In this document: positions 1-13,490 of the stretch, piece after piece
Position numbering within the stretch: the stretch's first letter is position 1
Layout of the letters: every line of letters starts with the position of its first letter
Source: Octopus bimaculoides
Lineage: Eukaryota
Direction of reading: 5' to 3'
Assembly (NCBI RefSeq): GCF_001194135.2
Contig: NC_068989.1
Location: forward strand, 21,758,036 to 21,822,035
Length of the DNA: 64,000 bases
Position numbers and translations under genes: made by a program
The notes under the pieces: model-generated
What the model saw: only the letters and a program-made list of their open reading frames with translations
Told to the model about the DNA's origin: nothing
Database searches by the model: none

Positions 1-2650
1 CACACACACACACACTATGTTTATATATGTGTATGTGTGTGCTGGAAGGACTGAGAAGTCAAGAAGTTTGCTGTGTAACTAATCCACTACACCGCACCTT
101 TGGATAGGTGTGTTCTGCTTTCGTCACAGGTCACAACGCGTTTTGAGTGAAATTCAACAGACGGAAACTATGTGGAGACTTGATAAAGAGATTGTTTCTG
201 TTTTAGAGAGTAGTCTTAATCTACTGTCCAGTCAATGGTACTACCTGGCCCTTGAGAACCTTTAGCAGTGTCCTATTTAACGCATTATTCTCAGTCTGAG
301 GAGAGCTACTTCTCACCAGTCACGGAGACACTGAAAAAAAATTCGTTCATGGGTACTTTCTGCCGTCTCTATGTCAGGTACAAAAAAATGTTAAAAATGT
401 ATATATATATATATATATATNNNNNNNNNNATATATATATATATATATATACATACATGTATACTCGAATATATGAGAAACATGTACAGTGATTCAAAGA
501 TTGATGTAATTATATGTGTCACTCATAAATATATGGACATAGGCATAGATGAACGCACAAACAAGACACACACTGAAGCTAGTGACATCAGAGACAGAGA
601 TAAAATAGAGACATTGACAGAAGAGAGGAGAGTATGTTTGTCGAGAGAAAGAAATGATCCCAGTAAAAAGCAAGCAATATGAAAGGTCAAAACTGCAAAA
701 TGATTTACAACTTTCTTGAGAGAGAGAGAGGGGGAGAGGGAGAGAGAGATTAGATACAACAAGAGAGTGTATCTAAAGCAAAAATGGTAGAAGTAAGCTG
801 GAGATTCAACAGAACTATTTATAGAATGAAAAGCCACCGTCTTTACACAATATCTACAACTGTGCCCCNNNNNNNNNNTATAGAATGAAAAGCCACCGTC
901 TTTACACAATATCTACAACTGTGCCCCACTAAGTGTACTCACTCATTAACATTTACTGCCTTCATTTAGTGCATCACACAATTGCAGCATAGCTGGGAAC
1001 AGTTTCTGACCTAGTTACATTTTATGGAAATACATTTTTGCACTATTTTTGTTCTTTCTTTTACATGTTTCAGTCATTGACCCATGTAGTCATACTGGAG
1101 TCCTGTCTTCAAGAGTATAGTTTACTTAATTAAACAAAGTACTTGTAGAATGGTATTTATTTTATTGGTTACAGAAGAGGTGATGTAATCAAATCAAAGT
1201 CTTTAACTGCCTAAGTATTTCAGATAATCATTATCAACTAACAGAAGAAGATGCAAGAAGACAATCAAGTCTTGTGTATTTAACAAACACCCACACATGC
1301 ATGTATATATGAATATATATATTCATTCCACCAAACTTAATCTTAAATTTTCCTAACACTAACATGTTTAGGATTATTTTTTACAAATTTTTATATCTTA
1401 TGATTTAAATGGTTTCTTCTAGAGGAAGGTGCTGCCCCTTTAACTTCTTGAGACTAATAAAATTCAGGTTCTTCTTGAACAACTCCAAGAAAAACATTTC
1501 ACCTGGATGACGTTCTAGATGGAAGGACTTGGTGCTGTCATTAGACCAGTACCTGAGGGAGAGGATGGATATAAAATGAGTGGGTTACAAGATAATAAAC
1601 AGGTGAGGAGACTATATGTCTAAGGATCAGAGACTGGAATGTGTTGGAGAGTAACATCATGCCTATCAGTCAGATGGTATTTTCAAAGAGAATGAAGAAA
1701 GGTGTAACAGCACTTGTTTTGAGTAAAAGAGATCGAAGATTGTTAAGTATAATGTACAGAAACTTGAGCAATGTCACTACTAAGTAATCAATAGTGATGT
1801 AAGCTCATCATTTATCAACTACAAATTATTCTAGTACCATGCATGATAACCTTATTACATATTCCATCATTTCATCCAGCAATCACGGCACCAATGTGCT
1901 CCATTGGACTTCTGACTATCGTCTGAGAATCACAGAATTCGTCCTCCTATGCACTTGCTTCTAGGTGATGCTAAATGTTGTTAGCNNNNNNNNNNATTCG
2001 TCCTCCTATGCACTTGCTTCTAGGTGATGCTAAATGTTGTTAGCCTTACAATATGTGTGTGTGTGTGTGTGTGGGCAAAATTCAATGGAACTAATGTCAA
2101 TTTTGATGAGTATTACAGCCATTCAATTACCTCAACTACCTATTTATTGAGATACAGTGTAAGCAGCTGAGTATTCCAAAGACATTGGTACCCATAATGT
2201 AAAATTTCAAGCACAGTCAATATAAATGTATGTGACAAGGCTGGCTTTTTTCATTTCAGATATTCTTCCCCATCTGATGAGTTTCAATATTTTCCACTTA
2301 CCTAATTTCAATTGCAATACTTAGATCAGTCCAAGACTATGGTGGAAAACATTTGCCTAAATCAAATTGCACTGCTGCACAGTGGGACTATAATCAGGAC
2401 CTTTGATTGCATACTTAATCTTTTGGCAATGCCTGTCTGTATCTATACACACAAATGGGCAAAAACGAAGCCCTGAGTATAGGTAGTTGTACAGTGTCTT
2501 ACCAAAAAATTAACACCTATAAAGTGTTCTGCTCTGGAAGACGTAAGTCAGCACATTATGCAGATTAGTCCTAGGAGTTTATATACCAATAAGTTTTAGT
2601 TGCTAGTCTTGTGTTATGGACAACAGTAAGGTGTTGAAACATTACAACAC

Positions 2651-3186
2651 ACTCTTTTACTCTTTTATTTGTTTCAGTCATTTAACTGCGGCCATGCTGG
2701 NNNNNNNNNNNNNNNNNNNNNNNNNNNNNNNNNNNNNNNNNNNNNNNNNNNNNNNNNNNNNNNNNNNNNNNNNNNNNNNNNNNNNNNNNNNNNNNNNNNN
2801 NNNNNNNNNNNNNNNNNNNNNNNNNNNNNNNNNNNNNNNNNNNNNNNNNNNNNNNNNNNNNNNNNNNNNNNNNNNNNNNNNNNNNNNNNNNNNNNNNNNN
2901 NNNNNNNNNNNNNNNNNNNNNNNNNNNNNNNNNNNNNNNNNNNNNNNNNNNNNNNNNNNNNNNNNNNNNNNNNNNNNNNNNNNNNNNNNNNNNNNNNNNN
3001 NNNNNNNNNNNNNNNNNNNNNNNNNNNNNNNNNNNNNNNNNNNNNNNNNNNNNNNNNNNNNNNNNNNNNNNNNNNNNNNNNNNNNNNNNNNNNNNNNNNN
3101 NNNNNNNNNNNNNNNNNNNNNNNNNNNNNNNNNNNNNNNNNNACTGAACCCGGAACCATGTGGTTGGTAAGCAAGCTACTTACCAC
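2651..3186 (-). mobile_element. SINE family A with its centre replaced by an N gap
   Basis: Left flank cagtcatttaactgcggccatgctgg and right flank actgaacccggaaccatgtggttgg are the two ends of the family A consensus. Confidence 0.75.
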
Positions 3187-3756
3187 GTTGATTAGTAGTT
3201 ATAATCTCTTCAGAATTGTGAGATTTATTGCAGATAAACAGTAAGACTAATTCAACAACAATGACTCCACTATATCAATGAGCAGGATTGCAAAAAGCAC
3301 AGCACCAAACACTCTTCATAGTGTGAATGAGTTCTGTTGGGAAGATGATAGATATGAGTAACAGAATACCAGGAATACTTCATAATATGAAGAGTTGCTA
3401 GGGCAACTTCAATTGTCATTGCACTCTGATCTGCAATCATCCATTCAGTACTGACTGCAGATGGCAAAGTTATGCAGAACTAAAAAAAAGTTGCTATTGT
3501 TTGGACCGAGATCATTCAATAAACCTATGATCAAAGACATGCCAGCCATGACCATCTTTATCATTTTCCAGTTATGATGTATGTAGTATAAGTTCAGTTC
3601 TAAGTTCTATATACTATCACCCCTGCCAACTCTACTCCTCTTACTTTTCTGAAAATTTGATATGGACAAAAAAAAAAAAAAAAAAANNNNNNNNNNAAAA
3701 AAAAAAAAAAAAAAAATGGTCACAACATGAATGTAGAAATGAAAAGTAACACTTAC

Positions 3757-3998
3757 CACAGATACACCATAATAGACATGTGTGACGGTAACCACCAAAC
3801 AATATACCCAGAGAAAGACAACTTCCAACCGTCCTGGTTGCAGGAGAAGGNNNNNNNNNNATATACCCAGAGAAAGACAACTTCCAACCGTCCTGGTTGC
3901 AGGAGAAGGACTATTATCACAATAATACTTAAAGGTATCAAGAATATGTTTATCAGTTCACACCGCGTGTTACTCATCTGTGCAACAATTAAACGACA
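3757..3998 (-). CDS. SELENOI: EPT1/SELENOI coding exon (true length 183 nt, phase 0-0): CRLIVAQMSNTRCELINIFLIPLSIIVIIVLLLQPGRLEVVFLWVYCLVVTVTHVYYGVSV; interrupted by 10 N plus a 49-nt artefactual duplication
   Basis: Acceptor ttgcttttcag, donor GTG|gtaagt; CxLIVxQMS and HxxYG motifs. 3802-3850 is repeated exactly at 3861-3909 across the N gap; removing 59 nt restores the frame. Confidence 0.92.
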
Positions 3999-6784
3999 CT
4001 GAAAAGCAAAGGTTATGTAAATTAGATGATTTTATCAGCTTCAAATATCATCTTACATGCATAAACACATATATATGGGAAGGGGGGGGGNNNNNNNNNN
4101 GGGGGGGGGACTGATGGGTCATTCTGTTGCCGATTACATGGGATGAAAGAAATGAAAATTACATTAAATATTTTGTCTAAATAATAGAATATAGCCAAAA
4201 AGTAAATAGTAGAGTGGATCAGCTTTTATCAATTAAATAAACAGTGCATGTATTGAGTACACTATCTCACTTTTAAATCCTGAAAATAGCTGCATAAAGA
4301 AATACCAATCACAAAATGTGGATGGAACTAGTGGAAGAGGAAGACCCAGGAAGAGATGACAAAAGACCAAGATGATTAGTAATTCAGCATGCTTGAAAAA
4401 GCTTGTCCATCAGCGCAAAGGTGGGGTCTTAAATGCACCAAATCAGTCCCTGTTAAGCGTTCTACCCCTCCAATCTCCCTAAAATCCATCCTCCTTCACT
4501 CTTAACTGCAGCACCATTCAACTGTTGTANNNNNNNNNNAAAATCCATCCTCCTTCACTCTTAACTGCAGCACCATTCAACTGTTGTAATCATATGAAAA
4601 TAGAACATGTTTCATCCCTCTCCTTGAAACCACTTTCTTTTAACATTATCCTTAATTCTCAATAACATCCATTCCAACTTTACTTTCCAATGATCTGCAC
4701 CTTTCTATGCCACCAGTTATCTCTCTCTTTCCCTGAGCTACATCTTATGATTGCCATATCTCATTCTTAATACCTTCGAATATCTGGCATTTACACTGCT
4801 CTTAACTTTGCTTGCCACTCACAATACCCACNNNNNNNNNNTCTGGCATTTACACTGCTCTTAACTTTGCTTGCCACTCACAATACCCACCTCTAACCTC
4901 CATTTGTCACCAACATATCTTTCTCTCTCACCAGACACATCATCCCTCTACTTCTCGTCTATCTACATTTTTATTCATCCCCACTTATCACCTCCTACTT
5001 CCTGAGCCACTCCTATTCTTTCCCCTTACTCCACCAAACTGATATTTACCACTGTCCACATCCCCACTTTTGTTCACCACTATCCTCACCTCTACCCACT
5101 TTCTATTAGTCATCTTTCACTCTCCTCTCACATTCTTATAAACTTACCCACCTGCCCTTCCCAATCCTGTTTGTATTCTTTTTTATACTCACCTTTTTTG
5201 TATCTTCAGAGTAAGCCCTTACACCTTGTCACCATCATTTTTATTTGTCTTTCCAATTACTCCGACACACTATTATATAAAAAGACTCTTTTTTTCCTGT
5301 CCTACCATATTTTTACTTCTCAATACCCCGCATAAAACCACGTTCCTCCCAAACTATAAACCAAACTTAGCTGAGGGGACATTTTCTTTGTCTTCTGAGC
5401 TACTTAGTGGCATTACAAGTGGTGATGTCATGGAAAAAGCATCTAATACACTGTAAAGTGGTTAGCATTAGGAAGGGCATTCAGCTGCAGAAACCATGCC
5501 AAAGCAGAGTTTAGAACTCAACATAGACTTGTGATTTGTCAGATCCTGTCAAACTGTTTAAACCATGCTAGCAAGGAAAATGGATGTTAAATGATGATGA
5601 TATTAAAGTATACATACATGCATGCGATTTGCAGGGGCATATATTCCAGGTGTATGCAGCATGCCCATTGGAAATGGCAAATTCATTATAAATATTAACC
5701 TTACTCAATTTAATTATGAATCTTAACAGAAACCCTTTATTATAACCCTGCTTGAAATTTGGTGCCAGTGGGTGTGACAGCACACCTAATACAACTACCA
5801 TACACCATTGGTGATTTGGCAAGCATCATGAATGGCCATATTAATAAACTCAATGGGTCGCTGATACTGCTCTGTTTCAACAGCCAAAACAAATTAGGCT
5901 GGATCAGTACACCAACATGTAAATAGAAACTATGAATACATAGTTTGATGGTGTAAAGAGTAGAAATGATATATAACAAGTTTCTTTAGCTTACAGTGAT
6001 AAAGTACTTGTAAGGTACTGTAGAAGGTAACAAGAAATGGTTTCACCAGAGATCATCTAGCTAGCCCAGTTCCAGTTGAATTTCTGTAGCAAATGGTAAG
6101 TAATATTCCATCCACTTACATTTATCTCACTGAAATGGCTCAGCTGGAATGTGACACAACATTAAATCTTTTACACTCTTCTTTACTCCTCTTCCTGAAT
6201 ATTTTTTATTCACCATATTTATGGTGAAGAATTGTTANNNNNNNNNNCTCTTCCTGAATATTTTTTATTCACCATATTTATGGTGAAGAATTGTTAGTTA
6301 TATTTCTGCTATTATTTATATTCAGCAGCGTGCTAGTCTTCTGCAGCACAGTTGAAGAGATACAACCAATAAGAGAACTTCTTTGTGGGCACTTAAATGG
6401 ACAGAAATAGGAAGCATATTCTAGTACACATTATCATCTTAAAAAAAGGGAAGACATATTGGAATATGCTTTGGATATATTTGTCTGAAAATAATATGAA
6501 ACAGTAATAGCTGAAATATTTTGGAATATTTTACTCCAGAACATATTTGGTCTTAAGTTAAACAACAACAAATTCTGAAAGCTGATTACAACATCAGTCC
6601 TGTAGAACACACCCTAATAGAGTATTTATCTTGCTGACATACAAACTGTAAACATGAGAGAAATTTTTCAGCTGCATGATTAGGTTAATTAATAAAACTC
6701 TCACAGTGATAATTTAAAAATTAATGCTAATAGCCAAAATAAAAAAAATGAGAAAGTAATTTTCTCGCCAGCAGAAATACTTAC

Positions 6785-6965
6785 AGCTATATTAGAAAAG
6801 GTTGTACCAGTGGTCCACATAAACAGCCTTGGATGTTTCTCCATAATTTCATATTTAGAGAAAATAGCCCAGATAAGAAGCAATGTAAAAAGAAACAATG
6901 TAGAAACTAGTGGCCGCGTAGCTTCTGGAAAAGACCGCATTTTCCCAGTTTTATTTTTGTATGAC
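6785..6965 (-). CDS. SELENOI: EPT1/SELENOI coding exon (181 nt, phase 2-0): (R)SYKNKTGKMRSFPEATRPLVSTLFLFTLLLIWAIFSKYEIMEKHPRLFMWTTGTTFSNIA
   Basis: Acceptor gttgttttctttag, donor GCT|gtaagt; RSYKN and HPR motifs; lies inside track ORF 6701..7027. Confidence 0.95.
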
Positions 6966-8040
6966 CTAAAGAAAACAACCAGACAATACATCAGTTGTAT
7001 AATAATAGGCAACAATAACATTGACATATCCTATAATACCAATTATAAACAAGACACCACATTCTGTAGTTACAAAAACAAAATTTATTCATCATAATCC
7101 TAGACGAGACTTTCTGAAGCAGTTTTCTACACCTTACCAAATGCCCATCTTGTGGCTAACCCTTATTTTTCAAGTAAGGTATTTTTATTCCAATGATTTT
7201 CACATGCCAAAAAAACTGAAACTGCTGAGTTATAGGACATATTGTTGGCGGGAAGCATGAATAAGTATCACTGTTTTCTGCTCAAATAATAAAGTGAAAA
7301 TAAGTAGAAACACACACACACNNNNNNNNNNCACACACACACATACATGATGAGCTTCTGCCCAGTTTCTGTCAGCCAAACTTCACATTTAAGGTATTGA
7401 TTAGTTAAAGGCTCTAGTAGAAGACAATTGCCCAAGGTGCCATACAGCGGTATTAAACCTGAAACTATGTGGTTGCAAAGCTAACTTTGTAAGCCACTGA
7501 CACAAGCCTGTACCTGTTGTGAAAGATAACAAAAATGAAATCACAATTTCCTTTCCTGATTGGTACAAAATGCTTTTAAATTTTTCTACTTTATTTGCAA
7601 GTATAATCAACACTCTCAAGACACTGGCTCACATTACAATTCATACCAAAAACCTGTACAATAAAGTCACTGATTTTCTCTAAAAATCTTTAAATCCTTC
7701 TTTGTCCATGTTTTCTGCCAAGTCACTGATACCCAAGAAATCAAAATTTAAATGAACTGCATTTCCTCCAGTTATTGCTATTCTTAAACAAGAGAAATGT
7801 TTCAAAAGACTATTCTAGGCATTAATTTTCCTTCTGAGTTGACAAATAAGGAAAAAAAAAAAAGAAAAAAAAAAANNNNNNNNNNNNNNNNNNNNNNNNN
7901 NNNGTAAAGGTAACTAATGGGCAGATAACATCACATATGTTATGAGTCAACAGATTTCGATAAGCTTAAATAAATCACTTAGTATCTTCAAGTATTGGAG
8001 ATAAAGATGTGCCAACTCAATCTAACATAAGTGTTATTAA

Positions 8041-8430
8041 AGTGATAGTATGTTGTCAACTTAATGTTACAGTCCCATAAAAGGGAAGAATGCTACTATT
8101 ATTTAGCCCTAGGAAACANNNNNNNNNNCCCTAGGAAACACCGTTTCTTGTTGGACTTGACACATTTCCTGTGTCCTTGTGTTTTCAAAGTGGAGATAAG
8201 CACCTCTACTCAGCAAAGCCAGCATCCAGAGATTAGTTTCAGAGTCGTTGCTCATCATCAGTCTCTGGATGCTGGTTTTGCTGGGTGGAAGTGCTTATCT
8301 CCACTTTGAAACATAAGGACACAGAAAATGTGTCAAGTCCAACAGGAAACGGTATTTCCTAGGGCTAAATAACAGNNNNNNNNNNNNNNNNNNNNNNNNN
8401 NNNNNNNTAAGTTGACAACATACTATCACT
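8041..8430. mobile_element. Fold-back MITE (near-complete palindrome), possibly Kolobok/T2-like (TTAA) or Tc1-like (TA)
   Basis: Ends AGTGATAGTATGTTGTCAACTTA / TAAGTTGACAACATACTATCACT. Inner arms about 8101-8234 and 8261-8375 are inverted copies around a ~26-nt loop. Flanks are TTAA (left) and TTAT (right). Confidence 0.75.
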
Positions 8431-8766
8431 TTATCATGCTGCTACTGCATAAATCTGAGAGATTTAGAAATGTATTATTTCTACAAGTGTTATTGTTATG
8501 CATATTAACTGCCCATTAATAACCACTTTATTCTGGCTCAGAATTTTATTAAAAAAGACACCTAAGCTGGAACAGAAACAGTCTTTCTGACAGTGGCCCA
8601 CACAGAACCTGATCTCAGCATATTACTGGTATTCAATTTATTGCTCCATGAAGATAAAAACAACCCTGGTGGAATGGGAATTTAGAAACATATGAGGTAG
8701 CAAGAATCTCAAGTAATTAATCTAGGTTTTTGCCTGTGCACCAGGGTGTAAAGACCCAAGCTAAAC

Positions 8767-9925
8767 ATTGGGTCATCCCATAAATAATGTGGTTTTTTTC
8801 AACTGCATGAACAAAAAGTCGGAGGGGGATGGGATAAACTAACTGCATCAACTTGCTATGAAAGCAGGTAGTAATTTTACTTTATACTTATTCTTAGTGC
8901 ATGTTTTGAAGAGTGCAGTTCGATTTTAACAGTTNNNNNNNNNNGCATGTTTTGAAGAGTGCAGTTCGATTTTAACAGTTATTTTTTTCAAAGCAATAAT
9001 GGAGGTGACAAAGGAGCATATTCAGCATATTTTGCTTTAGGAGTTCAATAAAGGCAACNNNNNNNNNNAAAGGAGCATATTCAGCATATTTTGCTTTAGG
9101 AGTTCAATAAAGGCAACAACTCAATGGAAAGTGCGAGGGATATTAATGCAGTATATGTGGATCAAACAAGAAGCATAAACCAGTGTCAACGGTGGTTCCA
9201 GAAATTCAAAACCAGAAACTACATCCTAGAAGATGAGCCTTGTCTAGAAAGATCTGTAGAGCTTGACAAGGACATCCTGCAAACCTTGGTGAAACAAAAT
9301 CCCATTGTAACTGTTGAGGAACTAGCAGAGAAGCTTAGATTTNNNNNNNNNNAACTGTTGAGGAACTAGCAGAGAAGCTTAGATTTGGTCATTCAACCAG
9401 TCATTCAAGTCAGCGCTAGAAGAAATACGACCATCTTTGGTTTCAAAACAAAAGGTGTTCTTCCATCAGGATAATGCTCANNNNNNNNNNATCTTTGGTT
9501 TCAAAACAAAAGGTGTTCTTCCATCAGGATAATGCTCAGCTGCATACAGCGAGAATGACATTCCAAAGGCTGGAGCAATTTGGATAGGAAACGATACCCC
9601 ACCCTCTATATTCGCCAGACATTGCCCTATCAGATTATCATTTATTCCAAAATCTTGAAAATCATTTGGATGGAAAAAATATGAATTCTGTAGACAAGGT
9701 CANNNNNNNNNNTGTAGACAAGGTCAGAACAGTACTGGAGGAGTAATTTTCATCACAGACAAAGTGAATTTTGAAAGAGGGGCCTTGGAAATCTACCAGA
9801 GAGGTGGAAGAGCATTGTAGAAAATGAAAGAGAATATTTTAGATTAAAAATTAACTTCGTTTAACTTAATTTTGAAAAATAAAAATTATTAAAAAAAACT
9901 GCATTGTTTATGGGGTGACCCAATA
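8767..9925 (+). mobile_element. Degenerate mariner transposon
   Basis: TIR pair ATTGGGTCATCCCATAAATAATG / CATTGTTTATGGGGTGACCCAAT. HTH region (CQRWFQKFK, LEDEP) and DNA...H and HPLYSPDIALSDYHLF motifs, with stops and frameshifts. Confidence 0.88.
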
Positions 9926-12609
9926 CACTGTATATAATGCAATGTTAACAAATGCAAACAAGCAAACCAAGGAAAGAAATAGATGGGATATCAATGAAAC
10001 ATTACGCTCACTAAGTTTCCTTTTCTAAAGAAACTTTAGACTGTGAATAATTAAACAACCAGCCATTTATAAACTAATGAAATATATATCAATGCATTCA
10101 ATGAAAAACAGACAAACAAGTAAGAGATTTAATTCTATTCAATAAATTAATGAAGTTTCAAAGTGATTTCGGAATTGCCTCAAGCTTTAAAACTTAACCC
10201 ATTTATAATCCCAGTGGGAAAATGTAAACTAGCCAAGGATATGACTGACACAGCAAATGGCAGCATCATTTAAATTCCTAACTGTCAACTGAGACTAGTA
10301 TCACTTTATTGCTTAGGGCTTCTTATTTTCCTTGAAGTGTAATTATAAGACTCAATTATAAAGTAATTTAATTAAAAAAAAAGAAAAAAAACAGAAAACC
10401 ATTTGATGAATGTTATTGTTATTTTCTGTAAATGTATATAAATGGTTGTCTACTAAACAGTAGCAGAGAATGTTGGAATTAAAAAATAAAAATAATCAAG
10501 AAAAATCTTATATTACTCCTCTTTGAGCAGCCATTGTCAAGCCACCTTCATTCAAATATTTATACTAATGCTGGTATTTATTTTGCCAACAACAATGTCA
10601 CAGTAGGCAAGATCGTGTCAGAAGTTCTGCTGAGCATGCTTTGCTTTTATAATAGTCCCAGTGGTATTAGTGGAATATTATCAACTGCTGAAAGATGAAA
10701 TGTAATTCAGTTTAGGTANNNNNNNNNNATGCACCAACATTGTTACTGGTAACTTACCCTTAGAAGAAAATAAAAATAAATCTTGCAAATTGCATGAAGG
10801 GTAACCAGCTAGTTGAGTTTGATAGGATATCAAATTACAGGCTAAAAGGGTTAATGTTTATAGCTTATTCCACTGCTCCAGAATCACTGGCTAAGATTCT
10901 TAATTCTCACCAACCTGCTATAGATATATACCATTGGTACATACAGTTTACCTCTAGGTAGTTGCTCAACTTGCTAGAAATAGCAGTCAAATCTTTAAAT
11001 CTTAAAAAAAAACATCAAAAACCAAAGGACATATTGTATAAAATAAACAAAGGACACACTGTTTCAAGTAGTTCCAGATATATTGTATCTGAAAGATAGA
11101 ATTGGCCTTTGAGCGTAAGTCTATTCACTGATAGTACAACTTGTTTTTACATTAGCTTGCAGTATTAACTCAAAATCCAGTATAAGTAGAACTTGGAGAG
11201 ACATTCTAGTACTACTGATATAGTTATTTACTCACTCAAGTACAATGAGAAAAAAAAAATCAAACAAAACATTATCAAATATACAACAAATAAACAGTGA
11301 TTGGATGACATAGATATAAAAGCATAGCTCTTAAGTTATGAGTCATGATTTAGTTCTGAAAGGTTCACAACAAAATCTTTTACTTTTGAAATCATCATCA
11401 TTTTAATATCCATTTTCCCAAGTTCACATGGGTTGGATGGAATTCATTGAGACAGATTTTCTATGACCAGATGCCAACCTGCATCCGTTTCCAAGTAACA
11501 TATTTCCCCCATCCCTGGCCAAACAGGTTTTCATAGAATATAAGAAATGAAGGACACTACCTGTATGATAATGATGCTCACTTACAGCTATCATGCAATG
11601 TTGAGACAAGGAGATACTAACACACACACAACAGNNNNNNNNNNAGCTATCATGCAATGTTGAGACAAGGAGATACTAACACACACACAACAGGTTTCTT
11701 TAGTTTCTGTCTACCAAATCCACTTACAAGTCTTTGGTTAACTCAGGCTTATAGGGCAAGACCCTTGCCCAAGGTGCTACACACTAGGACTGAACCAGAA
11801 ACCATGTGAAAGGGAAACAAACTTCTCAACTATACAGCTATGCTCGTGCTTATATTTAGTAAAATGTTCATGAATATGTTACATAAAAAGCCATAGGCTT
11901 CAAGGCCACAAGTTTTATTGCAACCAGAAATATTTTTTTACTGCAAGCAATGGTGCTAATCAATCTCTCTGACCGAATCAAATGAACTGTGATTCTAATA
12001 ATGGCTTTTTTCTCAACAAGTCCACATATAAGTAATCATCTTGTTGCTTTATTTGCACAAGAGAAAGCAATCAATCCCACATGATTTGTTTTTGCGCTGT
12101 TATTTTTTTGCTTGTGCAACATTGTACCACTTGCATCGTGGTAAGTTTTTTTGAAGTACAGTAATTTTTTTAAAAATTCAATACACTTGTTATGCTATCG
12201 TGTCAGGTAAGCTTAAAGCAATTTCGTTAGATACCAAATTAAAGAGAGTACAAAGAGTAGAAGGAAGAGAATAGAAAAGTATTGTTACTGAATTAACCCC
12301 TTGCAGACAAGAAGCAATACTGACAGCATCTAAACACTGTGTGTGTGGGCAGTGTGATGTCACACAGTGTGTGGCACCATGTTTTCAAATATACCACACA
12401 GAGAAGAGTCTGTAAATACACTGTAAAATTCCTTGTATGAAAAATTATGTAGTTACTGAACAACCAGTACACAGCACAGGCTGTCAGTAATAAATCCATC
12501 AGCAAGGAGTTAAGAAATGCACTATCAGCTTGAAAAAAACACTAACAAATCACTAACAAACTAAAAGTTCCATCCACACATCCATCTTCTCAACACACTA
12601 TTCTGTGGA

Positions 12610-13490
12610 GGTTCATGGGAGCAGAGTCCTCAGACACCTCCTCCATAAGGTCCTATCAGAAGCAGCTATCCTGAACTGTTTAGGATTTAAACCAGCCATA
12701 TCAGGCCCAAATATTCTAGCTGTTTTATGCACAAACTGGTCAAATCCGTCTTTCACACCTACCCTGCACAATGTCATTCTAAGAATAGGCAATCACATTA
12801 TCAAAGTTTTGAAGCTACAAGATAATTGTGAATTAATAAACATTACAATTGACAGAGTAATCTTAATGCAAAAGGATTAGACTTCCTGGTTAGATTCCCA
12901 AGCATGACCAAATGATATAATCCAACAATCCCATTTCACATCCAATATAAGAATAATTCCATTCAAAATGGAGTAACTCCGTCCAAAACAAGATTAATTC
13001 CATTCAAAATGAGAATAAAAATACAATATTTTTGCTTTAATTACTTATATATCACTAACAATAAAATTTTTGCATTACATCATTCCATTCATTACCAATT
13101 TATACAGTAAGTTTATTCATTTTTCATTTCCAAAAAGCATGTTACATAGTATAAAATTATTCCATTTTGAATAGATTTATTCTCATATTGACTGTGAAAT
13201 GATACAGTTCTTGGTCTATCCCTGGGTCTCCTGCCAGTTGGTTTGGCTTTAAGAGTCTATCTAAGAGTCTGGCTTTAATTACATGTCCATAGTACAAGAA
13301 TCATGACCTCTCAATACAGAGAAATAGAGGATTGACCAGGAGAGACTGTTTGATTTCCAAACTATGCACTGTTGAGTAACATTACTCCAGAAATTTGTCA
13401 GAGGAATCCTATTTTGGCCACTTGTATTCGTAATCATACTTTTGCAGTCATTACCCAACATAGATGCAAAATACAAGTGAGTGTAATACT
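12610..13490 (-). mobile_element. Old LINE (RTE-like) 3' remnant
   Basis: Minus-strand fragments GHVIKARLL... and ...AASDRTLWRRCL resemble the RTE C-terminal GHV.R and A.DR..WR motifs; heavily mutated. Confidence 0.45.

Noticed and set aside
523-909. Minus-strand ORF containing KVVNHFAVLTFHI, superficially like the SELENOI terminal HFQIYPFSL spacing
   Set aside because: No AG acceptor at the required position, it runs through a (CT)n repeat, and the downstream sequence is long and hydrophobic with no similarity.
1444-1623. Plus-strand coding-like frame (…EKHFTWMTF*MEGLGAVIRPVPEGEDGYKMSGLQDNKQ|gtgagg)
   Set aside because: Internal TAG, no recognisable family, no partner exons; may be a TE relic or chance.
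3270-3467. Minus-strand ORF downstream of the last SELENOI exon
   Set aside because: No similarity to the EPT1 C-terminus in any frame.
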